DNA of 41,732 nt, taken from positions 1 to 41,732 of the IMG/VR virus record IMGVR_UViG_3300036453_000011. One strand, given 5' to 3'. Both the position numbers and the translations under genes were made by a program. The notes under the pieces are model-generated. The model worked only from the letters and a program-made list of their open reading frames with translations, was not told where the DNA came from and searched no databases. This document shows, one piece after another, positions 9,229-18,646 of the stretch; positions within the stretch are counted from its first letter, which is position 1, and each line of letters begins with the position of its first letter. Source of the stretch: a virus (Duplodnaviria > Caudoviricetes).

Positions 9229-9527
9229 GGTGCCGTAAACCCCCAGCTACTAACTTCGTCGTGAGCGTAGCCAAACTTGGCACGATAGTTATTGTAATAC
9301 AAGCTGTTCCGTTCGATAGTGCCTGCTACTGAACTGATACGGATACTCTCAATACTTTCTTTAAACCCATCCCAGTCGAGGTCCTCGTTAGGGGTACTGG
9401 ATTTGATAGACATCTGCTGTGACAGGACATTGCCGTCAAAGCCGCTGATTAATCCTTTTTGAATGTCATACACAACCAGTTTGGTTGCAGGGCGTTTGTT
9501 AGTAGGTCCATCTGAGCGAAGATTCAT
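9225..9527 (-). CDS. Hypothetical protein
   Basis: ORF coupled to the next gene. The ATG at 9527 is preferred as the start. Confidence 0.55.
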   Translation of the reverse strand: MNLRSDGPTNKRPATKLVVYDIQKGLISGFDGNVLSQQMSIKSSTPNEDLDWDGFKESIESIRISSVAGTIERNSLYYNNYRAKFGYAHDEVSSWGFTAP

Positions 9528-9543
9528 ATGTTCTTTCAGTAAG

Positions 9544-9768
9544 TTAAAAGTGTCGAAGTTTAAAAGAGTTGCGTTGATACACAACTATTGTGATGGCTAA
9601 GCTGATAGGTCCGAGAAAAGCCATGGCATAGCTGAAGATTAGATCGTGTATATAGTAAGTCTCTAAAGGTGCCCAATCCCTCCTAGCATGATGAAATGTA
9701 ATACCTGTTCCAACTAGGCCTAAGCCTAGCCAAAGTAATGCTTGAAGAGTTGTTATGAGGGTTACCAA
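9544..9768 (-). CDS. Small membrane protein (2 TM)
   Basis: Two hydrophobic segments. Confidence 0.55.
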   Translation of the reverse strand: MVTLITTLQALLWLGLGLVGTGITFHHARRDWAPLETYYIHDLIFSYAMAFLGPISLAITIVVYQRNSFKLRHF

Positions 9769-10337
9769 TCTCCAATCTTCAGGATAAGGTTAACATTGGC
9801 CCAATCATCCCAATCCTGCATCCAGAGTCCTTTTGTGCTAGTATTGTAGGGGTGGTGAAACACAATCCTATTCCAGCTTGGCTTAGAATTAACCCCAGTG
9901 ATAACGGGCTTATCATCAATCAAGTACTGTCCGTTAATTACAGTCTTATCCTTTGTAAGGATTAGCCGATCCAACCAATAGTTACCGAGGTATTTTTCTA
10001 CCCAACGGGTCTTCTCTGAGGCACAGTTATGATCCTCGTAGTCGTAGTCAGGGGCCGTGCACAGGAAGGGTTCAAAGTGCCCCTCCTGAACTATGTTTGC
10101 CAACCCTCCCAAAGCTCCTGGCATAGGTAAGATGCTCTCAAAGAAACCTGTACCACGAGTAATGGCAAAGATGTCCTCTTTGAAATCTTCAGGATAGTGA
10201 TTTTCGATATAGAAAGTATCGAAGGTGTTTGGTTCGTGATGGATCCGGTCAGGGTGGCGCGCCTTGTATTGACGAAGAAAAGCGCCTTGGTAGTCGGCTA
10301 TGACTCCGTCCATGTCTATAAGTAACACGGGTTTCAT
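9762..10337 (-). CDS. 5'(3')-deoxyribonucleotidase (NT5C, HAD)
   Basis: IDMDGVIAD, PMPGA, EKTRWVEKYLG, LTKDKT, LIDDKP and PYN motifs. Confidence 0.9.
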   Translation of the reverse strand: MKPVLLIDMDGVIADYQGAFLRQYKARHPDRIHHEPNTFDTFYIENHYPEDFKEDIFAITRGTGFFESILPMPGALGGLANIVQEGHFEPFLCTAPDYDYEDHNCASEKTRWVEKYLGNYWLDRLILTKDKTVINGQYLIDDKPVITGVNSKPSWNRIVFHHPYNTSTKGLWMQDWDDWANVNLILKIGDW

Positions 10338-10777
10338 TTAAAACCCTTTGTATTTTCGTTTAAATAATTTTCGTTTACCGCCAACGCCTGTTGGATTTTC
10401 TTATTAGATTCAATAATCCCTAGGATTTCTGAATCCCAAATAAGGGCATTTATTACGAAATCTATGTACTCCTGCTCCGCTAAATTCATAGTAAGAGTAC
10501 TGATAGGCGTATTAAGATGTATAGGAGCTTCGCTGCTACCACACCTGGTAAAGGATATGGTTTTAGAGGCATTGTATAACCTAATCATATTACCGCTAGT
10601 TACTTCAGATATACTCCAAGTATCAGGGTACTTCTCGTAGCTATCAAAAATATCCTGGAATATGGGTCGAATTTGATTTTCGGGGAGATTCTCTAGAAAA
10701 CTCGCATCTATCTCTACCACTATAGTAGAATTAAAGAAAGATTTGATACCTGCCCAAATTGTAGTTAAAAATTTCAT
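10334..10777 (-). CDS. Hypothetical protein
   Basis: Start and stop overlap those of its neighbours. Confidence 0.6.
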   Translation of the reverse strand: MKFLTTIWAGIKSFFNSTIVVEIDASFLENLPENQIRPIFQDIFDSYEKYPDTWSISEVTSGNMIRLYNASKTISFTRCGSSEAPIHLNTPISTLTMNLAEQEYIDFVINALIWDSEILGIIESNKKIQQALAVNENYLNENTKGFK

Positions 10778-10959
10778 AGTACTAAATCCTTGCTTGAATT
10801 ACAAACTGCGGAAACATTACCCGTGCGACCAGACCGAGTAACACCATCGTTACCAACTACGCATACTCCTAAATAAGGCTTGCGAACCTCACGTAGAATA
10901 ACTACAGAGTCTCTGCCTTTAGTCATATACGTTTTTCCAACTGAGAACTTAGAGCCCAT
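10774..10959 (-). CDS. Hypothetical protein
   Basis: Small ORF coupled to its neighbours (F.VGK.Y.T pattern). Confidence 0.55.
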   Translation of the reverse strand: MGSKFSVGKTYMTKGRDSVVILREVRKPYLGVCVVGNDGVTRSGRTGNVSAVCNSSKDLVL

Positions 10960-11401
10960 TGGCCAAGTCTTTCAGTCTCCCCTGTACTACTAGCGACAAA
11001 AATGCGCCCTCGTACTGGCCAGGATATGTTGTCTTAAAATACTTTTGAATAGTACCCATTGTTTCCCCTCGGCCGTTTCCATGAGAGGTCAATGACCGAA
11101 CAATATCGTAAATCTCATCGGAACCCAATTGAGTAGGTAGTAGTTTTTCAAGTACACTTATTTCCCAGCGATACTTTTTTGAAAATACTTCCTCGGTACT
11201 TACACTAAGTATCTCATAACAGTTTTTGATAAACTTACTGATAGTACTAATCACTTCCGAGTCCGTACTTTCCCGTTTACCATCATTCAATCCAGTGTTT
11301 GCAGCCTCGGAATACAACGTCGTCAGCAGGGTAGCCAAGGGGATGTTACGTGCAACGCGGGCACGCAATTGCATTTCTTTAATATCTAATAATAGTGACA
11401 T
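10949..11401 (-). CDS. GatB/YqeY domain protein
   Basis: LLTTLYSEA..., VISTISKFIK, EISVLEKLLPTQL, MGTIQKYFK..YPGQYEG. The ATG at 11401 has a GGAG RBS. Confidence 0.75.
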   Translation of the reverse strand: MSLLLDIKEMQLRARVARNIPLATLLTTLYSEAANTGLNDGKRESTDSEVISTISKFIKNCYEILSVSTEEVFSKKYRWEISVLEKLLPTQLGSDEIYDIVRSLTSHGNGRGETMGTIQKYFKTTYPGQYEGAFLSLVVQGRLKDLANGL

Positions 11402-11455
11402 GTAAAACTCCAGGTAGGATAAAATGAAAAAGAATGTAAATTGCTTTACACTCTT

Positions 11456-11484
11456 CTTATACCACAAATACTCGAGGATGTTGA
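11456..11484 (-). promoter_or_regulatory. Repeated phage promoter-like motif, copy 4
   Basis: TCAAC-N15-TGGTATAAG. Confidence 0.75.
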
Positions 11485-11490
11485 CTAATC

Positions 11491-11664
11491 CTATTCATAC
11501 TCACGTCTGGCAATCATTTCTAATCTAGTCTGGTCAAAAGTTTTATTACCTTTGCTGGTACTCCACTCAGCATTACTCATACCCCGGGTATAATCCTGAG
11601 CCCCTCGTGGCGGAGGAGGTTGTCTAGGGTCTTTGCGGTTTGGGTAATCTTTATCAAATAGCAT
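11491..11664 (-). CDS. 57-aa hypothetical protein (below the ORF-track cutoff)
   Basis: MLFDKDYPNRKDPRQPPPPRGAQDYTRGMSNAEWSTSKGNKTFDQTRLEMIARREYE with an AAGG RBS. Confidence 0.55.
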   Translation of the reverse strand: MLFDKDYPNRKDPRQPPPPRGAQDYTRGMSNAEWSTSKGNKTFDQTRLEMIARREYE

Positions 11665-11688
11665 TAATAAGCCTTTCTTGGGTAGGGT

Positions 11689-11713
11689 AAAAAGAGGGTT
11701 GAGCTCCTCTTTT
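11689..11713 (-). terminator. Intrinsic terminator after the Nampt-like gene
   Basis: aaaagagg...cctctttt inverted repeat. Confidence 0.6.
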
Positions 11714-11745
11714 GACTTCTTGTAGCGATACTTTTGGGGTTTAGC

Positions 11746-13536
11746 TTACGTTGAGTATGCTACTAAACGTCCTCGAATAGTATCGAAGCTCTCTACATTA
11801 TAAAACTCACCATCTTCATAAACCAGCCCAAGGGCACCTTGCTCTTCCTGTTCTGGAGCTTGTTTATCGTACAGTACAAAAGTACCGTTTTCTTCCTCAA
11901 CCCTAAGAAGACCTTTGGCTGATTTCTTAGTTTTATTGGTATCGGTGGCAGGGTCTTTATAAATTTCTACCCAGGCTCCGTTTACCACCCCATACGTGGC
12001 TTTCATCGCAAAGCCGAAATTATCGCGTGTGAGGTAGTTGTAGGTAAATGACCCAATACCTAATACTACGTTACAAGAAGCAAAACCCTTCTTCATCAAA
12101 CGCTTCATGATACGGTCTGCTCGGTCTAGGGTAATAGAATCCCCGTAGATCAAACCTACTCGTTCATGTAGAACTTTGAATCCTTTCTCCGTTACTGTTC
12201 CGTTAAAGATATCCCATAGACATTCAACGGCTCCTTTTTGTTCAGGGGTTACGACTGTTTCAACACAGGAGACCGTACGGTATCCGTCTTCGTAGTAGTA
12301 TTGCTTATCATGGCGATTCCACTCGATATACCCTTGCAGTAAATACGCCTTACCCTCGTAATAGAATATCCCAGAAACTTCGCTATTTCCGCATTCTCCA
12401 TGAGGGGTTGAATCCGCCTCGTTCCGAACTATTCTCTCCAGGAATATTTTACAAGCTTCTTTTAAGGAACCCCCATCCTTTGTCAGGTCCGGAATATCCA
12501 ACCCACATAAAATATCCACAGGGTCACCACTATCCGGCCGGAATACAACCTTAGCCAACCCTTGAGCATTAGGCTTGCGAGCCAAAATCTCTTCCTTGAG
12601 GTCCGCAGCAGTTTCGCTAATGACTTGGAAAAAGTCGTAGCTATCTGCAACTAGGCTAACGATACCTGTCGGGTATGTCTCCGTTATGGTTTTTTTAATG
12701 AACAAGTTTTCAGCTTGTTTCTTGAGGTTGCCAGATACCCCTTCCCTGGCAAGGTTAATCTCTGTATTAGCAATGTTCAGCGTAGTAACAGAGTGCTCTG
12801 TAGCGGGAACACTGCCTGCGATAAAGATACCTTTGGCCCCATACGCATACTCGAGCCAATCCACGGTACTAACCGAGTCACTACCGAGAAACGATAAGGA
12901 ATGCCCCGCCAAGTTCTTAGCTGCATCCATGTTTCCACTCATACCCCTATTACCGAAGGAGTGGCCTTGCCAGTCTACGAACTCCTTCGGCGATCCTGTC
13001 TCTCCTGCATAGTGAGTAAGCAAACGCCGGTAAGCATGGGCAATAGTGGCAATAGTAGTAACCTTCCAACTATCGGCTGAAAGACTAGTCTCCACGTTGT
13101 TTACCAGCCAAGCAAAGTTAGGATGGGTATTAGCAATAGTGAAGACTGGGACCTGCATAGGTACTTTACTACCTTCTGGCAAAGCTTTGATACTCAACGG
13201 AAGGTACCCTAGATCGTGTAGCGCAGCGATATGCGCCAGATCCATAGGTTCTCCTGTGAACGGCAGTGTGCGTTCTGCAAATTCAGTCAGGACCTCCGTC
13301 TTAGGGCGATCAAAGAACGACTCTTTCCACATCAGGTGAAATTCTTTTAACGTACCTTGAATACCCAACCATACCAGTTTGTGATCATTAAATTGTTCTG
13401 GGATGCCACTAAGCTTATCGCTACGTGGAGTAAAGTTGGCATACAAGTAGCTTGTCCCTGCCGGGAAGACTGGCGGGTGAGATAGCTTGTACGAATCGAG
13501 ATCGTGTAGTGCTTTAAGTTGAAAACGTTGTGTCAT
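11746..13536 (-). CDS. Nicotinamide phosphoribosyltransferase-like protein (NadV/Namat)
   Basis: DSYKLSH, FTPRS, HSFGNRGM, VPATEHSV, VADSYD, FRPDSGDP, GLIYGDSIT, GIGSFTY and KKSAKG motifs. Confidence 0.93.
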   Translation of the reverse strand: MTQRFQLKALHDLDSYKLSHPPVFPAGTSYLYANFTPRSDKLSGIPEQFNDHKLVWLGIQGTLKEFHLMWKESFFDRPKTEVLTEFAERTLPFTGEPMDLAHIAALHDLGYLPLSIKALPEGSKVPMQVPVFTIANTHPNFAWLVNNVETSLSADSWKVTTIATIAHAYRRLLTHYAGETGSPKEFVDWQGHSFGNRGMSGNMDAAKNLAGHSLSFLGSDSVSTVDWLEYAYGAKGIFIAGSVPATEHSVTTLNIANTEINLAREGVSGNLKKQAENLFIKKTITETYPTGIVSLVADSYDFFQVISETAADLKEEILARKPNAQGLAKVVFRPDSGDPVDILCGLDIPDLTKDGGSLKEACKIFLERIVRNEADSTPHGECGNSEVSGIFYYEGKAYLLQGYIEWNRHDKQYYYEDGYRTVSCVETVVTPEQKGAVECLWDIFNGTVTEKGFKVLHERVGLIYGDSITLDRADRIMKRLMKKGFASCNVVLGIGSFTYNYLTRDNFGFAMKATYGVVNGAWVEIYKDPATDTNKTKKSAKGLLRVEEENGTFVLYDKQAPEQEEQGALGLVYEDGEFYNVESFDTIRGRLVAYST

Positions 13537-13734
13537 TTAATTCTTTCTTAGGTAATTTTTAATTCATCAAAAAACTTAATATCTAAAGGCATCCCGTATA
13601 CGGGAAGCACCCTTAGACGGGTAGGGTTAGCCATCCTCTTTTACCAGGATACGCCAATACTTACTGTCTACGTAGCAATACGGGTTAAACTATATCTTTT
13701 TTTTCAAAGCCTCTTGAACTTATATCTATACATG

Positions 13735-13932
13735 CTAGTCAAGACCTAAAGCAATGGCAGATACTAACAAACCTTTATCTTCATTAGAGTTATAGCGGGA
13801 TCTATCTACGACCGCCGCTGCACTCTCTGAACTACGACACTCCACTATGATACTAGAACTAGAGGTACCGCTGCCCGTAGCTTTCAAATAGGTGGATGTA
13901 GTTATTAAGACCCGGTACACGGTAGGGTTCAT
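13735..13932 (-). CDS. Hypothetical protein
   Basis: Small ORF starting just after the Prs-like gene stop. Confidence 0.45.
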   Translation of the reverse strand: MNPTVYRVLITTSTYLKATGSGTSSSSIIVECRSSESAAAVVDRSRYNSNEDKGLLVSAIALGLD

Positions 13933-13934
13933 AC

Positions 13935-14750
13935 TCACTTCATCAAATTGGTGTATGGAGGATACTCCGGATTGAATGGACGAGCACAATAAACTTCGTC
14001 TATTAATCCTTTAAATACGTCTAATCCTTTACTGAAAATACCGTGGGTAACATACAGGATAACTTTACCAGTAGTCAACGTCTTTAGGGCTTCTGCTAGT
14101 TTGATAAAGGTATAGCCGCCGTCACAAATGTCATCCACGATAAGAAAATCCTTATCCCCGACATGCTCAGAGTATACCACTGTACCTGTAATAGCTCCGG
14201 TCTCCACGTTACGAGTTTTATCGGCCCGTACCACTTCCGTAAAGCAGTACGTCTTAGCCAACTCAAAAATCTTCTTATTGGCACCTGCATCAGGGGAGAC
14301 TAGAATCTGCCTATTTCGCCCCAATACCTCGATCATTGGGTTAAATACCTCCGCCTGAGTTCTGACTCTACAGTTATTAATCAAGGCCACTAGCACGTCA
14401 GAGTGGGGATCTTCCACAATAACCTTACTGTAGTTTTGGGAGTTGATGAGGTCACAGAAAACCTTAATAGATAGGGCCTCTCCCGGAGCGCACACTCTAT
14501 CTTGACGTGCGTATGGGCAATACGGCATTGTAAGAATCAACGGGGTCAAAGGCAGGTCCCGACGAACCGCATCAGTCACCATAAGCAGCTCCACAATATC
14601 TGCTGAAGAATGAAGAGTTGCATGAATAGAAATATACTCACCTTTATCTGCGTGTAACTTACCTTTAATTTTTACAGAAACTTCTCCTCCTGAATAAACA
14701 AAACTATTTACTTCCCGGCTACCACCATTTACTAATAATTGTACGCTCAT
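13935..14750 (-). CDS. Ribose-phosphate pyrophosphokinase-like protein (Prs/Adps)
   Basis: SGGEV, MPYCPYARQDR, DPHS, VSPDAGA, IVDDICDGGYTF and YVTHGIFS motifs. Confidence 0.93.
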   Translation of the reverse strand: MSVQLLVNGGSREVNSFVYSGGEVSVKIKGKLHADKGEYISIHATLHSSADIVELLMVTDAVRRDLPLTPLILTMPYCPYARQDRVCAPGEALSIKVFCDLINSQNYSKVIVEDPHSDVLVALINNCRVRTQAEVFNPMIEVLGRNRQILVSPDAGANKKIFELAKTYCFTEVVRADKTRNVETGAITGTVVYSEHVGDKDFLIVDDICDGGYTFIKLAEALKTLTTGKVILYVTHGIFSKGLDVFKGLIDEVYCARPFNPEYPPYTNLMK

Positions 14751-14789
14751 TATAATTCCTTTACAAACATTAAACCCGGTTGGGCAAAA

Positions 14790-14816
14790 AACAAGCTCGA
14801 TGATCTGAGCTTGTTG
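14790..14816 (-). terminator. Intrinsic terminator
   Basis: aacaagctc-N8-gagcttgtt with a U-tract on the - strand. Confidence 0.65.
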
Positions 14817-14839
14817 AATTCTACTACACGTTACTTAGG

Positions 14840-15415
14840 TTACTTCATCTTGGAGAGGAGGTTATCCAAGAACTCCTTGGTTATCCTTTCCGAAGTGCTC
14901 GACTGATCCCGAGCCGTACCATTCATGCGCTCGGCAAACTCCTTCATGTTGAAGCGTTTTTCAGGACTATTCTTCCCGAACGCTTGCTCCAAAATATTGG
15001 AGGACCCCTCTTCTTTCAAGTGAGTCTTCAGATCCCCGATGAGCCCTTTCAGAGAACCAAGAATTGCTTCAATAACCAAGTCCTCCTCTTCTTCCAGAGA
15101 GTTCGGGGAACCGCATCGGCCACAGGAACACTCCTCCTCCTCTGTGCGAATCGCCAGATCCTTCAATTCGTTGGCCCAGATTTTCATCTGGTTCAGGCGG
15201 GATTCCTTGTCACTCCGTGATACTTCGGAGTCAGTCAACATCTCCTCCACATGCCGAGTCATTTCCCCCATATAGTGGGTCAGCGAGTGAATCGGATTGG
15301 TACCGTCGAGGTTGGTTACGTAACCTTTCGAGTCCACCACGAACGCGTGGCAGATACCCAACTGCAAGGCTGAGAATACGATAACGGACGGCAGATTCTT
15401 GATAGTAACGGACAT
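14840..15415 (-). CDS. Hypothetical early protein
   Basis: AAGGA RBS, directly behind a promoter motif, higher GC than the flanks. Confidence 0.7.
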   Translation of the reverse strand: MSVTIKNLPSVIVFSALQLGICHAFVVDSKGYVTNLDGTNPIHSLTHYMGEMTRHVEEMLTDSEVSRSDKESRLNQMKIWANELKDLAIRTEEEECSCGRCGSPNSLEEEEDLVIEAILGSLKGLIGDLKTHLKEEGSSNILEQAFGKNSPEKRFNMKEFAERMNGTARDQSSTSERITKEFLDNLLSKMK

Positions 15416-15489
15416 GATGTTTCCTTTGGTTTGGTAGGATTAGAAAAGTTATAAGTCTTATTATTTATAATAATACTCCTTACACTATC

Positions 15490-15518
15490 CTTATACCAAT
15501 AACTAGGTCGATTATTGA
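15490..15518 (-). promoter_or_regulatory. Repeated phage promoter-like motif, copy 5
   Basis: TCAAT-N15-TGGTATAAG. Confidence 0.72.
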
Positions 15519-15533
15519 CTTTAGTAAAAAGTG

Positions 15534-16391
15534 TTAGTCAAATACCCCGTTGGCTTCACGGTAAATCTTATCCTCTACTTCTTGACGGTAAGGTATCCAC
15601 CCTACTAAATTCTTATGACTAAAAACATCCCCAGAAGGCGTGGCTTGATGCTCAGTAGGAGTTGCGTGAATAGGTGATGAACCTACTAAATCCTCATGAA
15701 GCTTAACGTCTTTTTTCACGTCAGGGACCTTCTTATCATGTGTTAGGTAAGATACCCTAGCGCACCTGGCAGTAGATAGCTTTTTACAGATCTCCAGTCC
15801 AAAATTATCAAAATCAAGAGCAGTGACATACGGTAAATGCCACTCATCTTCCTGTAGTAACTTAGGCGTAGAGTTTTGCATAGCCGATTTCATAGCCCTA
15901 GCCAGTACCTGAATTTCTGGTTGAGCCATGGAGTGATCTCGTAAGTTAAAAAAGTTCTCCCATTCGGTACCACTAACAACTACATGGGTAAATTGCCAAG
16001 TTTCCAAAATTCTATTGGCTACTTGCTTATGTAGACCGATCTTTCCCATAGCCCATGCAAGACCACACGCTACCTTAGCGCCTAGTACCCATGCACCTTT
16101 CGCTAACCCTAGCCTAAATCCCTTTAGATCTGTAGCTGCTTGCATACCGGGTTTATTCTGACCCCACGCTACAGGCATAGCCGGATCGTTCCAAACTTGT
16201 TTAAGCATTGTTCTAACGGGGATAGCTCTACTACTGGAGGCATTACTAGACAAGGCTCGATGCTTATTAAACTCGGATAAGATATATCGATGAAAGCGCA
16301 ACTGAAAAGTTACAAGTCTATATCCTAAAGGACTTACACTATCTAGTACTACTGCTGCTGAGATTCCGTGGGACTGTTGTAGTTTTGTCAT
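15534..16391 (-). CDS. thyX: FAD-dependent thymidylate synthase
   Basis: SEFNKHRALSSNASSSRAIP, HKQVANRILE, NFFNLR...AQPEI, STARCARVSY and HATPTEHQA motifs. Confidence 0.9.
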   Translation of the reverse strand: MTKLQQSHGISAAVVLDSVSPLGYRLVTFQLRFHRYILSEFNKHRALSSNASSSRAIPVRTMLKQVWNDPAMPVAWGQNKPGMQAATDLKGFRLGLAKGAWVLGAKVACGLAWAMGKIGLHKQVANRILETWQFTHVVVSGTEWENFFNLRDHSMAQPEIQVLARAMKSAMQNSTPKLLQEDEWHLPYVTALDFDNFGLEICKKLSTARCARVSYLTHDKKVPDVKKDVKLHEDLVGSSPIHATPTEHQATPSGDVFSHKNLVGWIPYRQEVEDKIYREANGVFD

Positions 16392-16477
16392 ATTAGTTTG
16401 GTTAAATTAAAAAATTGTTTTTGTTGCTAAAGAAAGCCCGGTGATCTGGGCGTATGTAAGAGTTTATCTACTAATTA

Positions 16478-16921
16478 TTAACCAAAACTAGGTACGTAAT
16501 TACCAAATTTACTTTTTACTAAACTACGTAAAAATGCCAACTGAAGTTGAGGGGCCTCATTAACATACCAAGTCATCTCCCCCTCGTTGTTGGCACTTAG
16601 ATACTCTGATTTCCAAGCAGTGGTTTTGCCATCAGAAATTATAGGGGATAAAAATACACATGATTCCTGCAACACTGGGGCCCAGTTTATCGAACGAGAA
16701 GAATACCCTCGTAACTCCTCAGCATAATCATTCTCTATTTCGACCCAGTAATCTTGGTATCCTATGTTATTTCTATTTCGTTGAGAGAGAGTATCTCCTT
16801 TAGTAACAGACTTGACATCTAGTTCTAGTGCCTTCCCTACGTAATAATCTAAATGCCTCCCAATCAAACTTTCTATAGAGACATGATTTACAGGAATGGC
16901 TTCAATCGGGGTATTGATCAT
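16478..16921 (-). CDS. Hypothetical protein (NinX/DUF2591-like features)
   Basis: LIGRHLDYYVGKA N-terminus and AFLRSLVKSKFG..V C-terminus. Confidence 0.55.
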   Translation of the reverse strand: MINTPIEAIPVNHVSIESLIGRHLDYYVGKALELDVKSVTKGDTLSQRNRNNIGYQDYWVEIENDYAEELRGYSSRSINWAPVLQESCVFLSPIISDGKTTAWKSEYLSANNEGEMTWYVNEAPQLQLAFLRSLVKSKFGNYVPSFG

Positions 16922-17114
16922 TATTTGAATCTCTTAAAAGGTTAAGTTCAGATGTTAAAACTGCATTTGCTAGTTGTAAACGAATTAGCTCTTTATATGC
17001 GGGTATTCTATCTACCGGCAAATCTGGCCTTTGACTAAGTAACGCACAACGATTAGCTAAGTCTTTGTTATTACTTATCCAATGTTTAATATCCTTATCG
17101 TGTTCAGCGCTCAT
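16902..17114 (-). CDS. Hypothetical protein
   Basis: ORF coupled to its neighbours. Confidence 0.6.
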   Translation of the reverse strand: MSAEHDKDIKHWISNNKDLANRCALLSQRPDLPVDRIPAYKELIRLQLANAVLTSELNLLRDSNNDQYPD

Positions 17115-17425
17115 TAATCACTCCTCGAATTATCGGATCCAGTTATACAGACCCCCACGCCCCCTTCTATTACCAGTACAATATCTCCTACCCTAACTAT
17201 CCCGACACCATCTTCGTTAGATACCTCAGACCCTTCTACTGCTATAAAAGTATGATCGCAGTCTGTTACCCCTATGTCTCCTATTCTAATAACCCCTATC
17301 CCGTCCGCTATAACTTTATCAGAACCTGTCGTCCAAACCCCCACAAAATCGTGAGGGTGATTTGGGGCACTGGCCTCACATACTCCTGTTACACAATCTC
17401 CGACCCTACACACTGGTGATGCCAT
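17114..17425 (-). CDS. PAAR-like spike tip protein
   Basis: Three R(V/I)GD repeats, each followed by a GS..V-type segment, with Cys/His ligands. Confidence 0.75.
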   Translation of the reverse strand: MASPVCRVGDCVTGVCEASAPNHPHDFVGVWTTGSDKVIADGIGVIRIGDIGVTDCDHTFIAVEGSEVSNEDGVGIVRVGDIVLVIEGGVGVCITGSDNSRSD

Positions 17426-17443
17426 GCTATTTTCTCCTAAGTA

Positions 17444-18628
17444 TTACCAAGGCGGACCCATAACTGCGTCAGCGTAAGCGTAGAACCTCCAACTAGACAA
17501 CTGAGCCCTGAGCCTTAAGATATTGGCTCGTTGAGCATTATACGCCGTAAGGTTGGCTAAAAACAGATCGTTTCCGGGTATCCTACTTCTGGCAGCTAGG
17601 TATATATCTATTGGACCTTGATCCACTGGATCAGAACCTTCTGCGTCTTCAGACGCCTGTTTTAATTCGGCATAGTTAGGGATGTTAATATCTCTCCACG
17701 CCACCGAAGACTCCTCAGATGCATCCATATCAGCCTTTAAAGAGGCGGCAGCATTGACCAAGCCTTGAACGTAATTAGTATAATCCCTATTGAATTTTAA
17801 AAATTCCCCGTCTTTTACATCCCCCGCGAATATGTTTACCGTAACCCCTATAAGTCTAAGGTTAGCATTAGCTATCTCCACGAAGGTATATTGCTGCTTA
17901 GTAAGAATTGAAGGTCTGCCCGTAGGAACAGTATCTGCTCTTCTAGTACTGGGGATGAAAGGTATCTTATCCGATGTTATAGGCGGTATTGATAAGTCTA
18001 CAAATTTAGCATCCGACATAATATATTCAGATTTGACCTGACAGATGTTTACCTTGTCTAGTATATCTTGAATATGGGGAGGGTGGGTCATAGAAGAAAA
18101 CTTAGCAAAAGCAAAACTTTTTATATCATTTATGCTATCTGCAACTGCAGATTTACCTGCGGATATTCCATCGGTAACACTGGAAGTCATAGACCCTACC
18201 GAATTATTTAGGTCCGCTATACCAGTAGTAATCCCCGCCTGCATATCCGCTAAAAAACTAGGGGTAAGCTTTTCCCTAATGCTTTCTAGACTAGCCTTGG
18301 CGGTAGCTAGGGGTGCGAATGCTGCCTTAAAATTAGCCCCTGCCCCTTCTTTCACATCTCCTATCGTTGCATTAAGTTTTGCTTTTATACTGTCTGCAGC
18401 TTTCATCAACGGTAATTTAGTCATAATGGAATCGGTAATGCCTTTAACCGATGCCTTGACATTATTAGCTGCAGTTTCTAAAGATAGCGCCATAGCGGAA
18501 ATCTCGGGCGTTGTCGATAGCTTAAGAGACGCTATTTTAGAATTAATCTCATCTGCTACGCCTGCAGCGGGATTAGTGATGCAGGTTCCGCTTTTTAAGC
18601 CGGATACTGCTGAGTTAAGGTTCATCAT
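17444..18628 (-). CDS. Hypothetical protein, probably virion-associated
   Basis: 394 aa with an Ala/Ser-rich helical N-half, directly upstream of the PAAR-like gene. Confidence 0.6.
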   Translation of the reverse strand: MMNLNSAVSGLKSGTCITNPAAGVADEINSKIASLKLSTTPEISAMALSLETAANNVKASVKGITDSIMTKLPLMKAADSIKAKLNATIGDVKEGAGANFKAAFAPLATAKASLESIREKLTPSFLADMQAGITTGIADLNNSVGSMTSSVTDGISAGKSAVADSINDIKSFAFAKFSSMTHPPHIQDILDKVNICQVKSEYIMSDAKFVDLSIPPITSDKIPFIPSTRRADTVPTGRPSILTKQQYTFVEIANANLRLIGVTVNIFAGDVKDGEFLKFNRDYTNYVQGLVNAAASLKADMDASEESSVAWRDINIPNYAELKQASEDAEGSDPVDQGPIDIYLAARSRIPGNDLFLANLTAYNAQRANILRLRAQLSSWRFYAYADAVMGPPW

Positions 18629-18646
18629 GATAACTTTTCCATTTAT

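Noticed and set aside
13540-13733. Possible small gene between the Nampt-like and upstream ORFs
   Set aside because: Only very short frames with stops in all phases, so no CDS can be supported.
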